NCBI GenBank assembly: GCA_965237675.1
Contig: OZ250150.1
Coordinates: forward strand, 1,216,001-1,280,000
Length of the DNA: 64,000 nt
DNA from: Candidatus Latescibacterota bacterium
GTDB lineage: Bacteria > Latescibacterota > UBA2968 > GCA-2709665
Direction: 5' to 3'
In this document: piece by piece, positions 10,191-21,053 of the stretch
Numbering within the stretch: position 1 is the stretch's first letter
Layout: each line of letters begins with the position of its first letter
Program-made: the position numbers and the translations under genes
Notes under the pieces: generated by a model
Told to the model about the DNA's origin: nothing
The model's database searches: none
Seen by the model: the letters and a program-made list of their open reading frames with translations, nothing else

Positions 10191-10747
10191 TGATCTCGCT
10201 CCCTGAGTTCCTGTTCCAGCCTCAATCTATAGGCGTCGTCCGCCTCTGTTTTCGAGACCCGGCTGGCGACGGGAGCGACACGTTGCCGCGACCAGTTGCG
10301 TAATACAGCAAACACCCCAAAGGCGCCAAGTACCAGGACCAAAAAGGGCATGATCCAGGCACTGAGGTTGAAGCCCTCCGCAGGGGGCGTCACAAATATT
10401 TCCAGGCCGAATTCGTCCACAAAACCGGCGACAATGGCCTCCTTATTCTGTCCGGCCTCCAGCGCGTCGGCAATGCGTGCCCGGTTCCGTTTCGCCCAGC
10501 CGCAGGCACACTCGTCCAATGGCCGGCGAGGACAGTCGCCGCAGAGACAGGCGAGACCTTTTGCCACTTCCTTCACCCGATCCGGATTGACTTCGGCCCT
10601 TGCGGAGAATACAGGCGAGAGAAGCAGGAACGCGCAGGCGATCGCCGGCACCTGGAAGATGGAGAACGGAAAGAAGAGGACACCGGCTTTCTTTCGTTTT
10701 CCATGTTTGGTTGATCGTCTCTTGTTTTTCAGGCCGAACCCTTTCAT
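10187..10747 (-). CDS. ccmH: CcmH/NrfF-like cytochrome c biogenesis protein
   Basis: LACLCGDC..LDECACG, G...EAIV..FV..FG, P..GFN..AW..P; ATG overlaps the ccmF stop. Confidence 0.8.
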   Translation of the reverse strand: MKGFGLKNKRRSTKHGKRKKAGVLFFPFSIFQVPAIACAFLLLSPVFSARAEVNPDRVKEVAKGLACLCGDCPRRPLDECACGWAKRNRARIADALEAGQNKEAIVAGFVDEFGLEIFVTPPAEGFNLSAWIMPFLVLVLGAFGVFAVLRNWSRQRVAPVASRVSKTEADDAYRLRLEQELRERDQ

Positions 10748-12726
10748 GACGCGGCAGGAAGCCCGACTGTCCGTCTGCGCCTCTGGCGGTCCCGTCTGTC
10801 TGGCAGGATGGCAATCCCGGTCCCGAGGGTAAGGACCCATGCGCCAATCCAGACCCAAATCACGAGAGGATTGACATAAATTCTGAATAACGCGGCGCCG
10901 TCCGGATCCCGGCCTTCATAGAGAACGTAGAGGTCTTCACGCAGGCTGGACCGGATGGCAACTTCGGTCGTGCGCTGCTGGTCTCTTCGTTTGTAAAATT
11001 TATGCTGTTCGGGCCACATCGTACCCAGGCGTCTGTCACCTTGGTACACGCCAAGCTGCGTCTGGTGAACGATGGTAAGCGGATTCTGGCTCCGGGAATA
11101 GCCTTCGTAGACGACGCGGTATTTGCCGATGTCCACGGACTCGCCATGTTTCAACCCCACCTCGATTTCATGGTTGAAGGCATTGCCGGTGAACCCGAAG
11201 AAGAGCAGCACAACGCCGAAGTGAACGATGTACCCGCCGTAACGACGGCGGTTTCTTACGGTGAGCGCCCAGAGCGCCTTGAGATATGGCTCATTGGAAC
11301 TGCTGCCCCGCGCCCGAGCGCCTCTGTGAAACTCCGTGGCGATCGCGCCGGTAACGAAACCGCAAAAGGCAAAGGAGATCAGCGCGTACGGATCCCGCAC
11401 CCCCAGCCCGAAGGCGATTGCGCTGCAGACAAGCCCGAAGATGCCCGGCCCGGAAAAATGCTTTTTCAGGCTGCGCCCCGACGTCTTGCGCCAGGCCAGC
11501 AGCGGGCCCACGCCCGTCAGCAGAAGGAGCAACAGGCCGATGGGCGTCATGACCGTGTTGAAAAAGGGCGGGCCCACCGTGATTTTGGATCCGGTGACGG
11601 CTTCGGACAGCACCGGAAACATGACGCCCCAGAACACCGCAAATGCGGCTGTCAGGAAGAGCAGGTTATTGAGCAGGAAACCGCCTTCGCGGGAGACGGG
11701 GGATTCATATTCGTTCCTGCTCTTGAGCAACGGGCGCCGCCACCAGAGTATGCCCGCGGAAAAGACCACGATTGCCGCCACAAAATAAAGGAAAACGGTA
11801 CCGATGGGCGACTGAGCAAACGCGTGCACGGAGGAAACCAGGCCGCTGCGGGTCAGGAAGGTACCGTAGATGCACAGGGTAAACGTGAGGATAATCAGCG
11901 CCATGTTCCAGGTTCTGAGCATGCCCTTTTTTTCCTGGATCATGACCGAGTGCAGAAAGGCGGTGCCTGTCAGCCAGGGAAGCAGGGCGGCATTCTCAAC
12001 CGGGTCCCAACCCCAGTACCCGCCCCATCCGAGAACCACGTAGGCCCAGTTACCGCCCAGAAGCTGGCCGGTTCCCAGGAAAAACCAGGCCCATATGGTC
12101 CAGCGCCGGGTCGTGCGAATCCATTCTTCGTCCACCCGTTGGCTCAGAAGCGCGGCCATTGCAAAAGCATAAGGTACGACAAATCCGACGTAACCGAGGT
12201 AAAGCATCGGGGGGTGAATGGCCATGGCCGGATGGACCAGAAGCGGGTTCATGCCCTGGCCGTCGGCCGGCATGAAGTCGAGCTCCCGGAAGGGATTCTC
12301 GTAGTGACCGATGAGGACCAGGAAGAAGACCTGAGTGAGCGACATGACGACCGACGCGTAAGAGGCGAGCGGGCCTCGGAACCTTCGGGTGTTACGCGTG
12401 GCGAAGAAATTGAATCCGGAGAGAATGAAGGCCCATAGCAGGAGCGAACCCTCCATGCCCGACCAGACGGCGGTGAACTTATACGGCACCGGCAGGTCGC
12501 GGCTGGAATGGCCGGCTACGTAGTGGAGATCGAAGCGATCGGTGAGAAAAAAGGACTCAAGCAGGCCGAATGACGCCAGAACCATCAGAAAAGTGGCGCC
12601 AACCGCGCGTTCGGTGCTGAGTGTGAGATCCAGCCTGCCAGTCCGGCCGGCCAGCGAGCCCGACACCGCCGCGTATAAAGAAGTGGCAACGGAGAACCAG
12701 ATGAGGAAATTGCCGAGTTCAGCCAT
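10744..12726 (-). CDS. ccmF: Heme lyase CcmF/NrfE subunit
   Basis: IHPPMLYLGY, WAY..LGWGGYWGWDPVENA, SVHAF. Confidence 0.97.
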   Translation of the reverse strand: MAELGNFLIWFSVATSLYAAVSGSLAGRTGRLDLTLSTERAVGATFLMVLASFGLLESFFLTDRFDLHYVAGHSSRDLPVPYKFTAVWSGMEGSLLLWAFILSGFNFFATRNTRRFRGPLASYASVVMSLTQVFFLVLIGHYENPFRELDFMPADGQGMNPLLVHPAMAIHPPMLYLGYVGFVVPYAFAMAALLSQRVDEEWIRTTRRWTIWAWFFLGTGQLLGGNWAYVVLGWGGYWGWDPVENAALLPWLTGTAFLHSVMIQEKKGMLRTWNMALIILTFTLCIYGTFLTRSGLVSSVHAFAQSPIGTVFLYFVAAIVVFSAGILWWRRPLLKSRNEYESPVSREGGFLLNNLLFLTAAFAVFWGVMFPVLSEAVTGSKITVGPPFFNTVMTPIGLLLLLLTGVGPLLAWRKTSGRSLKKHFSGPGIFGLVCSAIAFGLGVRDPYALISFAFCGFVTGAIATEFHRGARARGSSSNEPYLKALWALTVRNRRRYGGYIVHFGVVLLFFGFTGNAFNHEIEVGLKHGESVDIGKYRVVYEGYSRSQNPLTIVHQTQLGVYQGDRRLGTMWPEQHKFYKRRDQQRTTEVAIRSSLREDLYVLYEGRDPDGAALFRIYVNPLVIWVWIGAWVLTLGTGIAILPDRRDRQRRRRTVGLPAAS

Positions 12727-12773
12727 CGTTGGAACCACGGGGCATCGGATGATCCGGCTTTCCTGTTTGAACC

Positions 12774-13211
12774 TTACCTTTTATAGGCATTCTTGATGTC
12801 TTCGTAAGATTGGCCCTCGTATTTGGAGGGGCATTTCGCCAGCAAGTTATCCGCCCTGAAGAGTCCGTTCGGGCCCACTTTGCCTTCCAGGACCACGTCT
12901 GCTTCGTCTCTGAACGTATCCGGAACAATGCCCGAATATACCACCGAACGTTTGGCGGAGAAGGCTTCTTCTCCCACCGGTTCCCATATCTGAAACTCGA
13001 CGGTTCGATCCGGACTTTTCCGGATGGAACCGGGCGTGACCTTGCCGGCGAGTTTGATGCGTTTGTCCGCAAATTCAGTCTCACGTGCTTCCAGTTCGGA
13101 AACGGTGAGGTAATACATCCCCATCTTCTGGGAACTGGTTACAACCAGCAGAATAAGGCACGCGACAATAACGGCGAATCCAGCGATGAATTTGACTTTT
13201 CGGACCGTCAT
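12774..13211 (-). CDS. ccmE: Heme chaperone CcmE, CxxxY variant
   Basis: N-terminal TM, YSGIVPDTF, LLAKCPSKY; the ORF-track extension to 13886 is spurious. Confidence 0.9.
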   Translation of the reverse strand: MTVRKVKFIAGFAVIVACLILLVVTSSQKMGMYYLTVSELEARETEFADKRIKLAGKVTPGSIRKSPDRTVEFQIWEPVGEEAFSAKRSVVYSGIVPDTFRDEADVVLEGKVGPNGLFRADNLLAKCPSKYEGQSYEDIKNAYKR

Positions 13212-13538
13212 GATCGAAGTTTCCGGCGAGAATACGGCTTCACGAAACCCTCTGGAATCGTCGCTTTCGAGCGTGTCCGGGCCACCGTTTCGCTTCGTTC
13301 TGGAAAGTCGGGACCGGAAGTCCGGGGGTAACCCCGTTTGCGAACGAAATATATAAAAAATCGACACATTATCCACATAAAATCGGAAAGCCGGAAGGAA
13401 CCCGCCGGCCCGAGTCCCGCGGCCGGATCGAAATGACTTGACAGCGTTCGTTCCGGAACCATATTCAGGATCGCCCGGTACCGCCGGGAGATTGCGGGGG
13501 CATTTTTCATTCCGTTCCATTGGATGAGGGAGGACAAC

Positions 13539-14357
13539 ATGGCTGTTTTGGACGCCGAGGCGTTGGATTTCTGGGAGGAGAACGGATACGTTGTCGTGCC
13601 CGAGGCTGTCCCGCCGGAAAACTGCCGCGAGGCCGAACGGGCCGTTTGGAGGTTTCTGGACATGGACTCCGGAGATGCGAGTTCGTGGTACCCGGATCCG
13701 CCGAGGCCCGGAATCATGGTCGAAATGTACCAGCACCAGGCGCTGTGGAACAACCGGCAGCACCCCAGGGTGCACCGTGCGTTTGCACAGATCTGGGGGA
13801 CCGAAGAACTCTGGGTGAGTTTCGACAGGACGAGTCTGAACCCGCCGGAGCGACCGGGTTTTGCGTTCAAGGGACCTTACCTGCACTGGGATATTTCACT
13901 CGAAGATCCATCGCGCTTCATGGTACAGGGCGTGCTGTATCTGTCCGATACAGCGGCCAATCAGGGCGCGTTCACGTGCATACCCGGCTTTCATCGGCGT
14001 ATTGCGGACTGGCTCGAGACGTTATCGGAGGAGGACGACCCAAGGAGCCGGATGCAGGCGGAATTCGGACATCAGGCAAAGCCGATCGCCGGCAAGGAGG
14101 GTGATCTCGTAATCTGGAACAGTCTGTTGCCCCATGGAAGCAGTCCGAACTCGGCCGACCGGCCGCGCATTGCGCAATACATCACGATGACTCCGGCGAA
14201 AGATGACGACGAATCGCATCGGGAAAGCCGTATTGAGGGCTGGCGTGAACGCCTGACTGGGCTGGGGAAGAACCAGAAGGAAAAGGAGCACGTCGAAGGC
14301 GAAACGGCGCAGTTGACGCCGATCGGGCGAAAGCTCCTGGGCCTGGATCGCTGGTAG
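13539..14357 (+). CDS. Phytanoyl-CoA dioxygenase (PhyH) family Fe(II)/2OG enzyme
   Basis: FWEENGYVV, LHWD, GDLVIWNSLLPHGS...PRIAQY. Confidence 0.9.
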   Translation: MAVLDAEALDFWEENGYVVVPEAVPPENCREAERAVWRFLDMDSGDASSWYPDPPRPGIMVEMYQHQALWNNRQHPRVHRAFAQIWGTEELWVSFDRTSLNPPERPGFAFKGPYLHWDISLEDPSRFMVQGVLYLSDTAANQGAFTCIPGFHRRIADWLETLSEEDDPRSRMQAEFGHQAKPIAGKEGDLVIWNSLLPHGSSPNSADRPRIAQYITMTPAKDDDESHRESRIEGWRERLTGLGKNQKEKEHVEGETAQLTPIGRKLLGLDRW

Positions 14358-14440
14358 CCCGGAACGCCGACTGTCGGCAACGTAGGGTCTCCTGCGGACC
14401 GCGGTTCGCTGCGCACCGATTTTCGAAGCCGGGGCGATCT

Positions 14441-14641
14441 ATGGTGTTTCGCCATGAAAATCGCGAGTTTATACTGAATGCCAGATATGACGGCGATTTC
14501 TGGATTGTCGGCGTATTCGAGTGTGTGGATGGGAAGCGGCGCCTGCGGTTCGAGTACAAGTTGAATACACCGTCGGATGAATCGGCGGCGTGTGACCGTG
14601 CGTGGGAACTCTTTTCCGCGCGGAAACTGGAGGGGCGATAA
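14441..14641 (+). CDS. Small hypothetical protein (66 aa)
   Basis: Protein-like composition, fills the gap before the dnaK terminator; no family recognised. Confidence 0.4.
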   Translation: MVFRHENREFILNARYDGDFWIVGVFECVDGKRRLRFEYKLNTPSDESAACDRAWELFSARKLEGR

Positions 14642-14673
14642 ACGATGTAGCCACCCGATAACCATGCGCAAAC

Positions 14674-14711
14674 AAAAAAGCGGAGGCCATCCCCATGGAA
14701 TCGCCTCCGCT
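14674..14711 (-). terminator. Rho-independent terminator of dnaK
   Basis: AGCGGAGGC...GCCTCCGCT stem followed by a T-run on the minus strand. Confidence 0.75.
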
Positions 14712-14730
14712 GTTCATTTGCGATTGTGGA

Positions 14731-16650
14731 TTACTTCTGTTTGTCGTCATCCACGACTTCGTACTCGGCGTCGACAACGCCGTCGTCTTTCTTCTGCTCG
14801 CCGGCGGCCCGCCCGGGATCGCCCGGAGCTCCGGCCTCGGGACCCGCCTGCGAGGCCTGCGCATAGAGTTCGCTGGCCACCTGGTGCCACTCCTGCGTAA
14901 GCGCTTCGGTGGCGGATTTGATTTCTTCCACGTTTTCGCCTTTGAGCGTTTCCTTCACCCGGTCCACCGCGGCCTGCACCTTGGCTTTGGCATCTTCGCT
15001 GATTTTGTCGCCCATTTCACCGAGTTGTTTTTCGGTCTGGTAGACCTGCTGATCCGCCTGGTTGCGAATTTCGATGCCCTCGCGCCGCTTCTTGTCATCC
15101 GCGGCGTTCGCCTTGGCGTCGCCGACCATCCGTTCGATTTCCGTATCGGACAGGCCCGAGGAGGCTTCAATGCGAATGCTCTGCTCCTTATCGGTCCCCA
15201 TGTCTTTGGCGGAGACGTTCATAATTCCGTTGGCGTCGATGTCGAAGCTGACTTCGATCTGTGGTGTGCCTCGGGGCGCGGGCGGAATACCGTCCAGGTG
15301 GAATCGGCCGATGGTACGGTTGTCAACCGCCATATCCCGTTCGCCCTGAAGCACGTGTACCTCGACCGAAGGCTGGCTGTCGGCCGCCGTTGAAAAGACC
15401 TGAGATTTCTTCGTGGGAATGGTGGTGTTGCGATCGATGAGCCTGGTCAACACGCCCCCCAGGGTTTCAATACCGAGAGACAGGGGGGTGACATCGAGCA
15501 GCACGACGTCTTTGACGTCGCCCGAGAGGACACCGGCCTGGATGGCGGCGCCCACCGCGACCACTTCGTCCGGGTTTACGCCCCGGTTCGGCTCTCTTCC
15601 AAAGAGTTCCTTGACCGCCTCCTGAACTTTGGGAATGCGGGTGCTGCCGCCAACCAGAATGACTTCGTTGATCTCCGACGGGGAAAGACCCGCGTCTTTG
15701 ATCGCCTGGATACACGGCCTCTTCGTGCGTTCAACCAGGTCTTCCACGAGTTGCTCGAACTTGGCCCTGGACAGGGTCAGGTTCATATGCTTGGGACCCG
15801 ATGCATCGGCCGTGACAAAGGGCAGATTCACATCGGTTTGCAGTGAACTGGAAAGCTCACACTTGGCTTTTTCGGCGGCTTCCTTCAGACGCTGCAGCGC
15901 CATCGGGTCGTTGCGCAGGTCAATGCTGTTCTCGCGCTGGAATTCCGCCGCGAGCCAGTCGATGATGCGCTGATCGAAGTCGTCCCCGCCCAGGTGGGTA
16001 TCCCCGTTGGTGGACTTGACTTCGAAAACGCCGTCGCCCAATTCCAGAATGGAAATGTCGAACGTACCGCCACCCAGATCGTAGACGGCGATAATCTCGT
16101 CATCTTTCTTGTCCAGGCCATAGGCCAATGACGCCGCCGTGGGTTCGTTGACGATGCGCTTCACGTTCAGGCCGGCGATTTTCCCCGCGTCTGTGGTGGC
16201 TTTGCGCTGGGCGTCGTTAAAGTAAGCCGGGACCGTGATCACGGCGTCCGTAATGGTCTCGCCAAGGTATTCTTCGGCCGTCTGTTTCATTTTCTGGAGG
16301 ACCATGGCCGAGATCTCGGGAGGGGTATACGTCTTGTCGCCCACCCTTATGGTAGCAAGGGCGTTGTTCTCTCTTTTGACTTCGTAGGGCACTTCCCCAA
16401 TTTCATTGGGTACTTCCTCGTAGCGCCTGCCCATAAACCGTTTGATGGAATAGACGGTGTTGTGCGGGTTCGTCACGGCCTGTCGTTTTGCCACCTGACC
16501 GACGAGGCGTTCGTCGTCTTTGGTGAAAGCGATCACCGAAGGCGTCGTGCGCCCGCCTTCGGTATTGGGAATCACGACAGGGTCGCCCCCCTCCATAACA
16601 GCCACGCAGGAGTTGGTCGTTCCCAGATCGATTCCGATAATTTTGCCCAT
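14731..16650 (-). CDS. dnaK: Chaperone DnaK (Hsp70)
   Basis: [34 protein letters not shown]. Confidence 0.99.
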   Translation of the reverse strand: MGKIIGIDLGTTNSCVAVMEGGDPVVIPNTEGGRTTPSVIAFTKDDERLVGQVAKRQAVTNPHNTVYSIKRFMGRRYEEVPNEIGEVPYEVKRENNALATIRVGDKTYTPPEISAMVLQKMKQTAEEYLGETITDAVITVPAYFNDAQRKATTDAGKIAGLNVKRIVNEPTAASLAYGLDKKDDEIIAVYDLGGGTFDISILELGDGVFEVKSTNGDTHLGGDDFDQRIIDWLAAEFQRENSIDLRNDPMALQRLKEAAEKAKCELSSSLQTDVNLPFVTADASGPKHMNLTLSRAKFEQLVEDLVERTKRPCIQAIKDAGLSPSEINEVILVGGSTRIPKVQEAVKELFGREPNRGVNPDEVVAVGAAIQAGVLSGDVKDVVLLDVTPLSLGIETLGGVLTRLIDRNTTIPTKKSQVFSTAADSQPSVEVHVLQGERDMAVDNRTIGRFHLDGIPPAPRGTPQIEVSFDIDANGIMNVSAKDMGTDKEQSIRIEASSGLSDTEIERMVGDAKANAADDKKRREGIEIRNQADQQVYQTEKQLGEMGDKISEDAKAKVQAAVDRVKETLKGENVEEIKSATEALTQEWHQVASELYAQASQAGPEAGAPGDPGRAAGEQKKDDGVVDAEYEVVDDDKQK

Positions 16651-16685
16651 TGGTTGAATTCCTTTCTATTGAAACCGGGTCTGTT

Positions 16686-16979
16686 TTATGCCGCCTTTTC
16701 CTTTTTTTTGGACTTGGTATCGCTGCCGCTTTTGTCTTTTGAGTCTTTTTTTGTGTCTTTAGGGGCATCTTTTTTTGCGTCCGCTTTATAACCGTCGCTC
16801 CGGTAGTCGGTAATATAGAATCCCGACCCTTTGAAGAGCAGTCCTGCACCGGCGCCGATGAGCCGTTTCAGCTTTCGTTCGCCGCATTCCGGACATTTGC
16901 GCAGCGGAGACGACGTAATGCTCTGAAAGTGCTCGAATTGATGGCTACACGCTTCACAAACGTAGTCATATGTGGGCAT
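16686..16979 (-). CDS. FmdB-family zinc ribbon protein
   Basis: MPTYDYVCEAC...CPECG...FKGSGFYITDY with Lys-rich tail. Confidence 0.9.
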   Translation of the reverse strand: MPTYDYVCEACSHQFEHFQSITSSPLRKCPECGERKLKRLIGAGAGLLFKGSGFYITDYRSDGYKADAKKDAPKDTKKDSKDKSGSDTKSKKKEKAA

Positions 16980-17237
16980 AAACGGCATCCTTTTCTGTGG
17001 GCTTCGGATTGACGAAAGAACCTACTGTGCATTTGGAGCAACATGAGTACCATAGAAATAGAAATATAGTGAAATATATTAAAAACAAGTAGATATTGAA
17101 TCCATCGCGAGATTTGCACCCGTTCTGATACTGCTAATTCTGCATAATAATGCCAATATGGCACATACAATAAGAGATGACTGCAAAGAATGCAGCGATC
17201 TTGGATGACAGGGTGTCGGTGGTGGCAGGGCAGGCCG

Positions 17238-18425
17238 TCAATCGCTGTGGGCGGGGTCCCGGGCGGCGCCGCGACCCGCTGCCGAAACCGCTTCCGCCGC
17301 TTCTTTCAACTCCCGTGCGACCGTGAATTTCAGATCCGAGTTCTCCAGAATTCTCGCGCCCTCTTCGGCGTTCGTCCCCTGCAGGCGTACCACGATCGGC
17401 AGGTCCACGGAAAAATTCTCGAGTGCCTGGACGACACCCTCGGCGACCCGGTCGCAACGCACGATGCCACCGAAAATATTGATTAGCACGGCCTTGACAC
17501 CGGCGTCAGACAGGAGGATACGGAAGGCGTTCTCTACCCGTTCCACGTTGGCGCCGCCGCCCACGTCCAGGAAATTGGCGGGGGACGATCCTGCATGTTC
17601 GACGATATCCATGGTTGCCATCGCCAAACCGGCGCCGTTGACCATGCAGCCGACCTCGCCGTCGAGTTTGATGTAGTTGAGATCGAATTTGGAGGCATCC
17701 ACTTCCAAAGGGTCTTCCTCATCGGTGTCGCGGAGTTCCCGTATGTCCCGGTGGCGGAAGAGCGCGTTGTCGTCGAAGTTCATTTTGGCGTCCAGAGCCA
17801 CAAGGTTGTCATCTGCGGTGACCACAAGGGGGTTGATCTCGGCCAGGGAACAGTCGGTGCCGATGTAGGCTGCACAGAGCCCGTCGATGAACCGCACCCC
17901 CTGCTTGAACGCTCCGGCTTCCAGGCCCAGGCCAAACGCCAGACGGCGGGCCTGGAAGGGCTGAAGGCCCACTGCCGGATCGACGGTTTCTTTGAGGATT
18001 TTTTCCGGCGTGGCGGCGGCCACTTCTTCAATGTCCACGCCACCTTCCCGGGAAGCCATGATGACCAGTTTGGACTGATCCCGGTCCAATACCACACCCA
18101 GGTAGAGTTCACGAGCGATATCGGTGGCGCTTTCGACCCACACCTGTTTGACGTTCTGCCCTTCAGGACCCGTCTGAGGGGTGACCAGTTTCCGGCCGAT
18201 CATGTCTTTTGCAACTCCGTAAGCCTCGTCCGGATCTTTGGCGAGTCTGATCCCGCCGCCCTTGCCCCGACCGCCGGCGTGGATTTGCGCCTTGACGACG
18301 ACGGCGCCGCCGATTTCCGCCGCCCCGCTTCTGGCTTCGTCGGCCGTTGTGGCCAGACGTCCATCGGGTACGGGTACGTTATACGATTTGAGGATTTCTT
18401 TGGCCTGGTATTCGTGGATCTTCAT
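17238..18425 (-). CDS. sucC: Succinyl-CoA synthetase beta subunit
   Basis: MKIHEYQAK, KAQIHAGGRGKGGG, NGAGLAMATMD, NIFGGIVRCD. Confidence 0.98.
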   Translation of the reverse strand: MKIHEYQAKEILKSYNVPVPDGRLATTADEARSGAAEIGGAVVVKAQIHAGGRGKGGGIRLAKDPDEAYGVAKDMIGRKLVTPQTGPEGQNVKQVWVESATDIARELYLGVVLDRDQSKLVIMASREGGVDIEEVAAATPEKILKETVDPAVGLQPFQARRLAFGLGLEAGAFKQGVRFIDGLCAAYIGTDCSLAEINPLVVTADDNLVALDAKMNFDDNALFRHRDIRELRDTDEEDPLEVDASKFDLNYIKLDGEVGCMVNGAGLAMATMDIVEHAGSSPANFLDVGGGANVERVENAFRILLSDAGVKAVLINIFGGIVRCDRVAEGVVQALENFSVDLPIVVRLQGTNAEEGARILENSDLKFTVARELKEAAEAVSAAGRGAARDPAHSD

Positions 18426-18470
18426 GGGGTCTCCTCGTGGGAGGGTCGCTGAGAGGCCACGGAGCGTGAT

Positions 18471-20048
18471 TCAGTAAACCTCTCTGAGGTCTTTCCCCGT
18501 CATGGCTTCCGGTTTGTGAAGGCCGAGCATGCCCAGAAAGGTGGGGGCCACGTCGCAGAGGCGGCCGCCGTCCCTGAGCCTGCCGTGGAACGCCGGATCG
18601 ACAAGGATAAAGGGCACGGGATTGGCCGTATGGGCGGTATGGGTTTCCCGGGTTTCAGGGTGAATCATCTGTTCTGCATTCCCGTGGTCCGCGGTGACGA
18701 TGGCGGCCCCTCCGACTTCGGCAATGGCCGCCAGGACCTGCCCCAGACATCGATCAACGGTCGTCACGGCGCTGACGGCCGCGTCCAGGACACCGGTGTG
18801 GCCGACCATATCGGGATTTGCGAAATTACAGATGGTGGCGTCGAATGTTCGAGAGTGGATCGCATCGACGAATTCTCGAGCGATGGCGGGCGCGCTCATT
18901 TCGGGTTTGTGGTCGTACGTGGGCACGTCCCTGGGCGACGGGATCAGAACACGCGCTTCGCCTTCGAAGGGATCCTCCTGCTGGCCGTTGAAGAAATAGG
19001 TGACGTGCGCGTACTTCTCGGTTTCGGCGATGCGAAGCTGCCGGAGACCCGCCTCGCTCAACGTCTTCCCGCAGACGTCCGGCAACTCCTGCGACAGATC
19101 TTGGGGCGAAAATGCGATCCCGTCCACGGGCAGGCCGGCTTCGTAACGCGTGAGGCACGTGTAGTGTACCCTTGGGCGGGCCTTCCGCTCAAAGCCGTCG
19201 AAGCCCGGCAGCACAAAGGCGCGGGTGATCTGCCGGCCCCGGTCGCTGCGAAAATTGAAGCAAAGCACGGAGTCGTCGTTCCCGGCGGTCGCCAACGGAT
19301 CCGCATTGGAGCCGGCGATGACGATCGGCTTGACAAACTCGTCGGTCTCGTTTCGATCGTAGGCGTCCCGCAGGGCCTGAAGCGGATCCTTTGCACGTAT
19401 CCCCTCGCCGAGTGTCATGGCGTCGTAGGCCACGCGAACGCGGTCCCAGCGCCGGTCCCTGTCCATGGCGAAGTAGCGGCCGCAAACGGTGGCGATTTTA
19501 CCCACTCCGGCCGACGCGCACATCTCCCGCAGGGCTGCCAGATGACGGATACCGCTTCTGGGAGGTGTGTCACGCCCGTCGAGCCATGCGTGGACGTAGA
19601 CCTGATCCGGTCTCATCCGGCGGCCGGCCGCCATTTTGAGCAGACCGTTGTAATGGTCGGGCCAGGAATGTACCCCGCCGTCGGACACCAGACCGATCAG
19701 ATGGAGGCGCCGATCCGTACCGGCAACCCGGTCCATCGATGCGATCAACGCTTCGTTCCGCTGAAAGCCGCCGTCCTTCACCCTGTCGTCGATCCGGGTG
19801 ACGGCCTGCATGACCACACGTCCCGCGCCAAGGTTGAGATGCCCGACTTCCGAGTTGCCGATCAATCCATCGGGCAGGCCCACGCTGCCTCCGCAGGTCC
19901 GGAGGGTCGTGGACGGGAACGTCGCGCCGATCCGGTCCATCGTAGGCGTATCGGCCAGCGCGACCGCGTTGTGGTCCTCACTGGAAGCCAGGCCCCAACC
20001 GTCGAGAATAATCAGCGCGACAAAACGTCGTTCAGCACGGGTCATCAC
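18471..20048 (-). CDS. gpmI: 2,3-bisphosphoglycerate-independent phosphoglycerate mutase
   Basis: LIILDGWG, GNSEVGH, AETEKYAHVT, DMVGHTG, TADHGN. Confidence 0.97.
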   Translation of the reverse strand: MMTRAERRFVALIILDGWGLASSEDHNAVALADTPTMDRIGATFPSTTLRTCGGSVGLPDGLIGNSEVGHLNLGAGRVVMQAVTRIDDRVKDGGFQRNEALIASMDRVAGTDRRLHLIGLVSDGGVHSWPDHYNGLLKMAAGRRMRPDQVYVHAWLDGRDTPPRSGIRHLAALREMCASAGVGKIATVCGRYFAMDRDRRWDRVRVAYDAMTLGEGIRAKDPLQALRDAYDRNETDEFVKPIVIAGSNADPLATAGNDDSVLCFNFRSDRGRQITRAFVLPGFDGFERKARPRVHYTCLTRYEAGLPVDGIAFSPQDLSQELPDVCGKTLSEAGLRQLRIAETEKYAHVTYFFNGQQEDPFEGEARVLIPSPRDVPTYDHKPEMSAPAIAREFVDAIHSRTFDATICNFANPDMVGHTGVLDAAVSAVTTVDRCLGQVLAAIAEVGGAAIVTADHGNAEQMIHPETRETHTAHTANPVPFILVDPAFHGRLRDGGRLCDVAPTFLGMLGLHKPEAMTGKDLREVY

Positions 20049-20103
20049 AGAGTCGGAAAATACGGGTTTGGCATAAGAAAGGCAAGTTGAAACGGGAATG
20101 AAA

Positions 20104-20991
20104 TCAGCCCGGGCCGGAGAGGTTCGAGGGGATGGTTTTCCTGAGCATCCGGTGGAAAGATCTTACGATAGGACGGGCGAAAGCGGTGCTTCGACCGACA
20201 AGCGCGATCGGCCGTGAGAGCCCGGGATCGGGGAATCGAATAAGCCCCCGTTCGGGAATGCCCAGCGCCCTGGCGATACCCAGCGGCACGAGCCCGTGGC
20301 CGAATCCGCATCGGGCCATCTGGGCGATGCCCGCAAAGGACTGAAGGGTCTGTACGGTTTCGATGTGTATGTTCCATTTCCCTGAGAGGGCCCTGATCCG
20401 CTGTTCCAGGTGGCGCCAGGTCGCGGCATGGGGTTCGATCGTGATGACGGGAAGGGTTGTATCGGGGCGCAGTCGAAACGGCTTCAGACCGGAGGGCACC
20501 AGGACCATGGGCTCGTCAACGAGGGGCTCCGACGTCACGTCGGCGCTGTATTCCCCCAGGTCCGCGCACAGCGCGAGCATGTATTCGCCCGAGCGGACAT
20601 TGTCAATGGCGACCGGGCTTCTGTGGGCATTGATGACGAGTTCAAGCTGCGGGATGGCCTGTACCACGTCGGCCAGGACGCGCGAACCCCAGGAGGACAA
20701 AATGGATTCGGAGATGCCGATCACGAGGCGGCTGCCCTGAACGGGGGACTCGTCCGCCACGGCCTCCCGCAAAGCGGCCATGAACGGCGCGGTTTTTTCC
20801 AGCAGTTGGATGCCCGCGGCCGTGAGCCGGACCCGTCTGCCAACGGGTTCGACGAGTTTCCGCCCCAGCGCATTCTCGAGTGCGTCGATGCGTTTGCTTA
20901 CGGCCGACTGGGAGATACGCAGCCGTGTGCCCGCCTTTGTCATGGTGCCGGCTTCGGAAAGCGCGGCGAGGGTTTCTATGTTGTCGATCAT
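20104..20991 (-). CDS. LysR-family transcriptional regulator, divergent from acnA
   Basis: TKAG..L.ISQSAVSKRI..LE..LG..L...GRRVRLT.AG HTH. Confidence 0.9.
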   Translation of the reverse strand: MIDNIETLAALSEAGTMTKAGTRLRISQSAVSKRIDALENALGRKLVEPVGRRVRLTAAGIQLLEKTAPFMAALREAVADESPVQGSRLVIGISESILSSWGSRVLADVVQAIPQLELVINAHRSPVAIDNVRSGEYMLALCADLGEYSADVTSEPLVDEPMVLVPSGLKPFRLRPDTTLPVITIEPHAATWRHLEQRIRALSGKWNIHIETVQTLQSFAGIAQMARCGFGHGLVPLGIARALGIPERGLIRFPDPGLSRPIALVGRSTAFARPIVRSFHRMLRKTIPSNLSGPG

Positions 20992-21053
20992 AACGCAACG
21001 TCCTCGGTATAGGCAATCCTCCCGCGCCCTCCGGTCCGACGACACCTCGCTAC

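Noticed and set aside
17113-17137. CIRCE-like inverted repeat upstream of the FmdB-dnaK unit
   Set aside because: Arms are degenerate and the spacer is 7 nt rather than the 9 nt HrcA requires
17141-17156. sigma54-like TGGCA...TGCA on the minus strand
   Set aside because: GG to GC spacing is 9 nt, not 10
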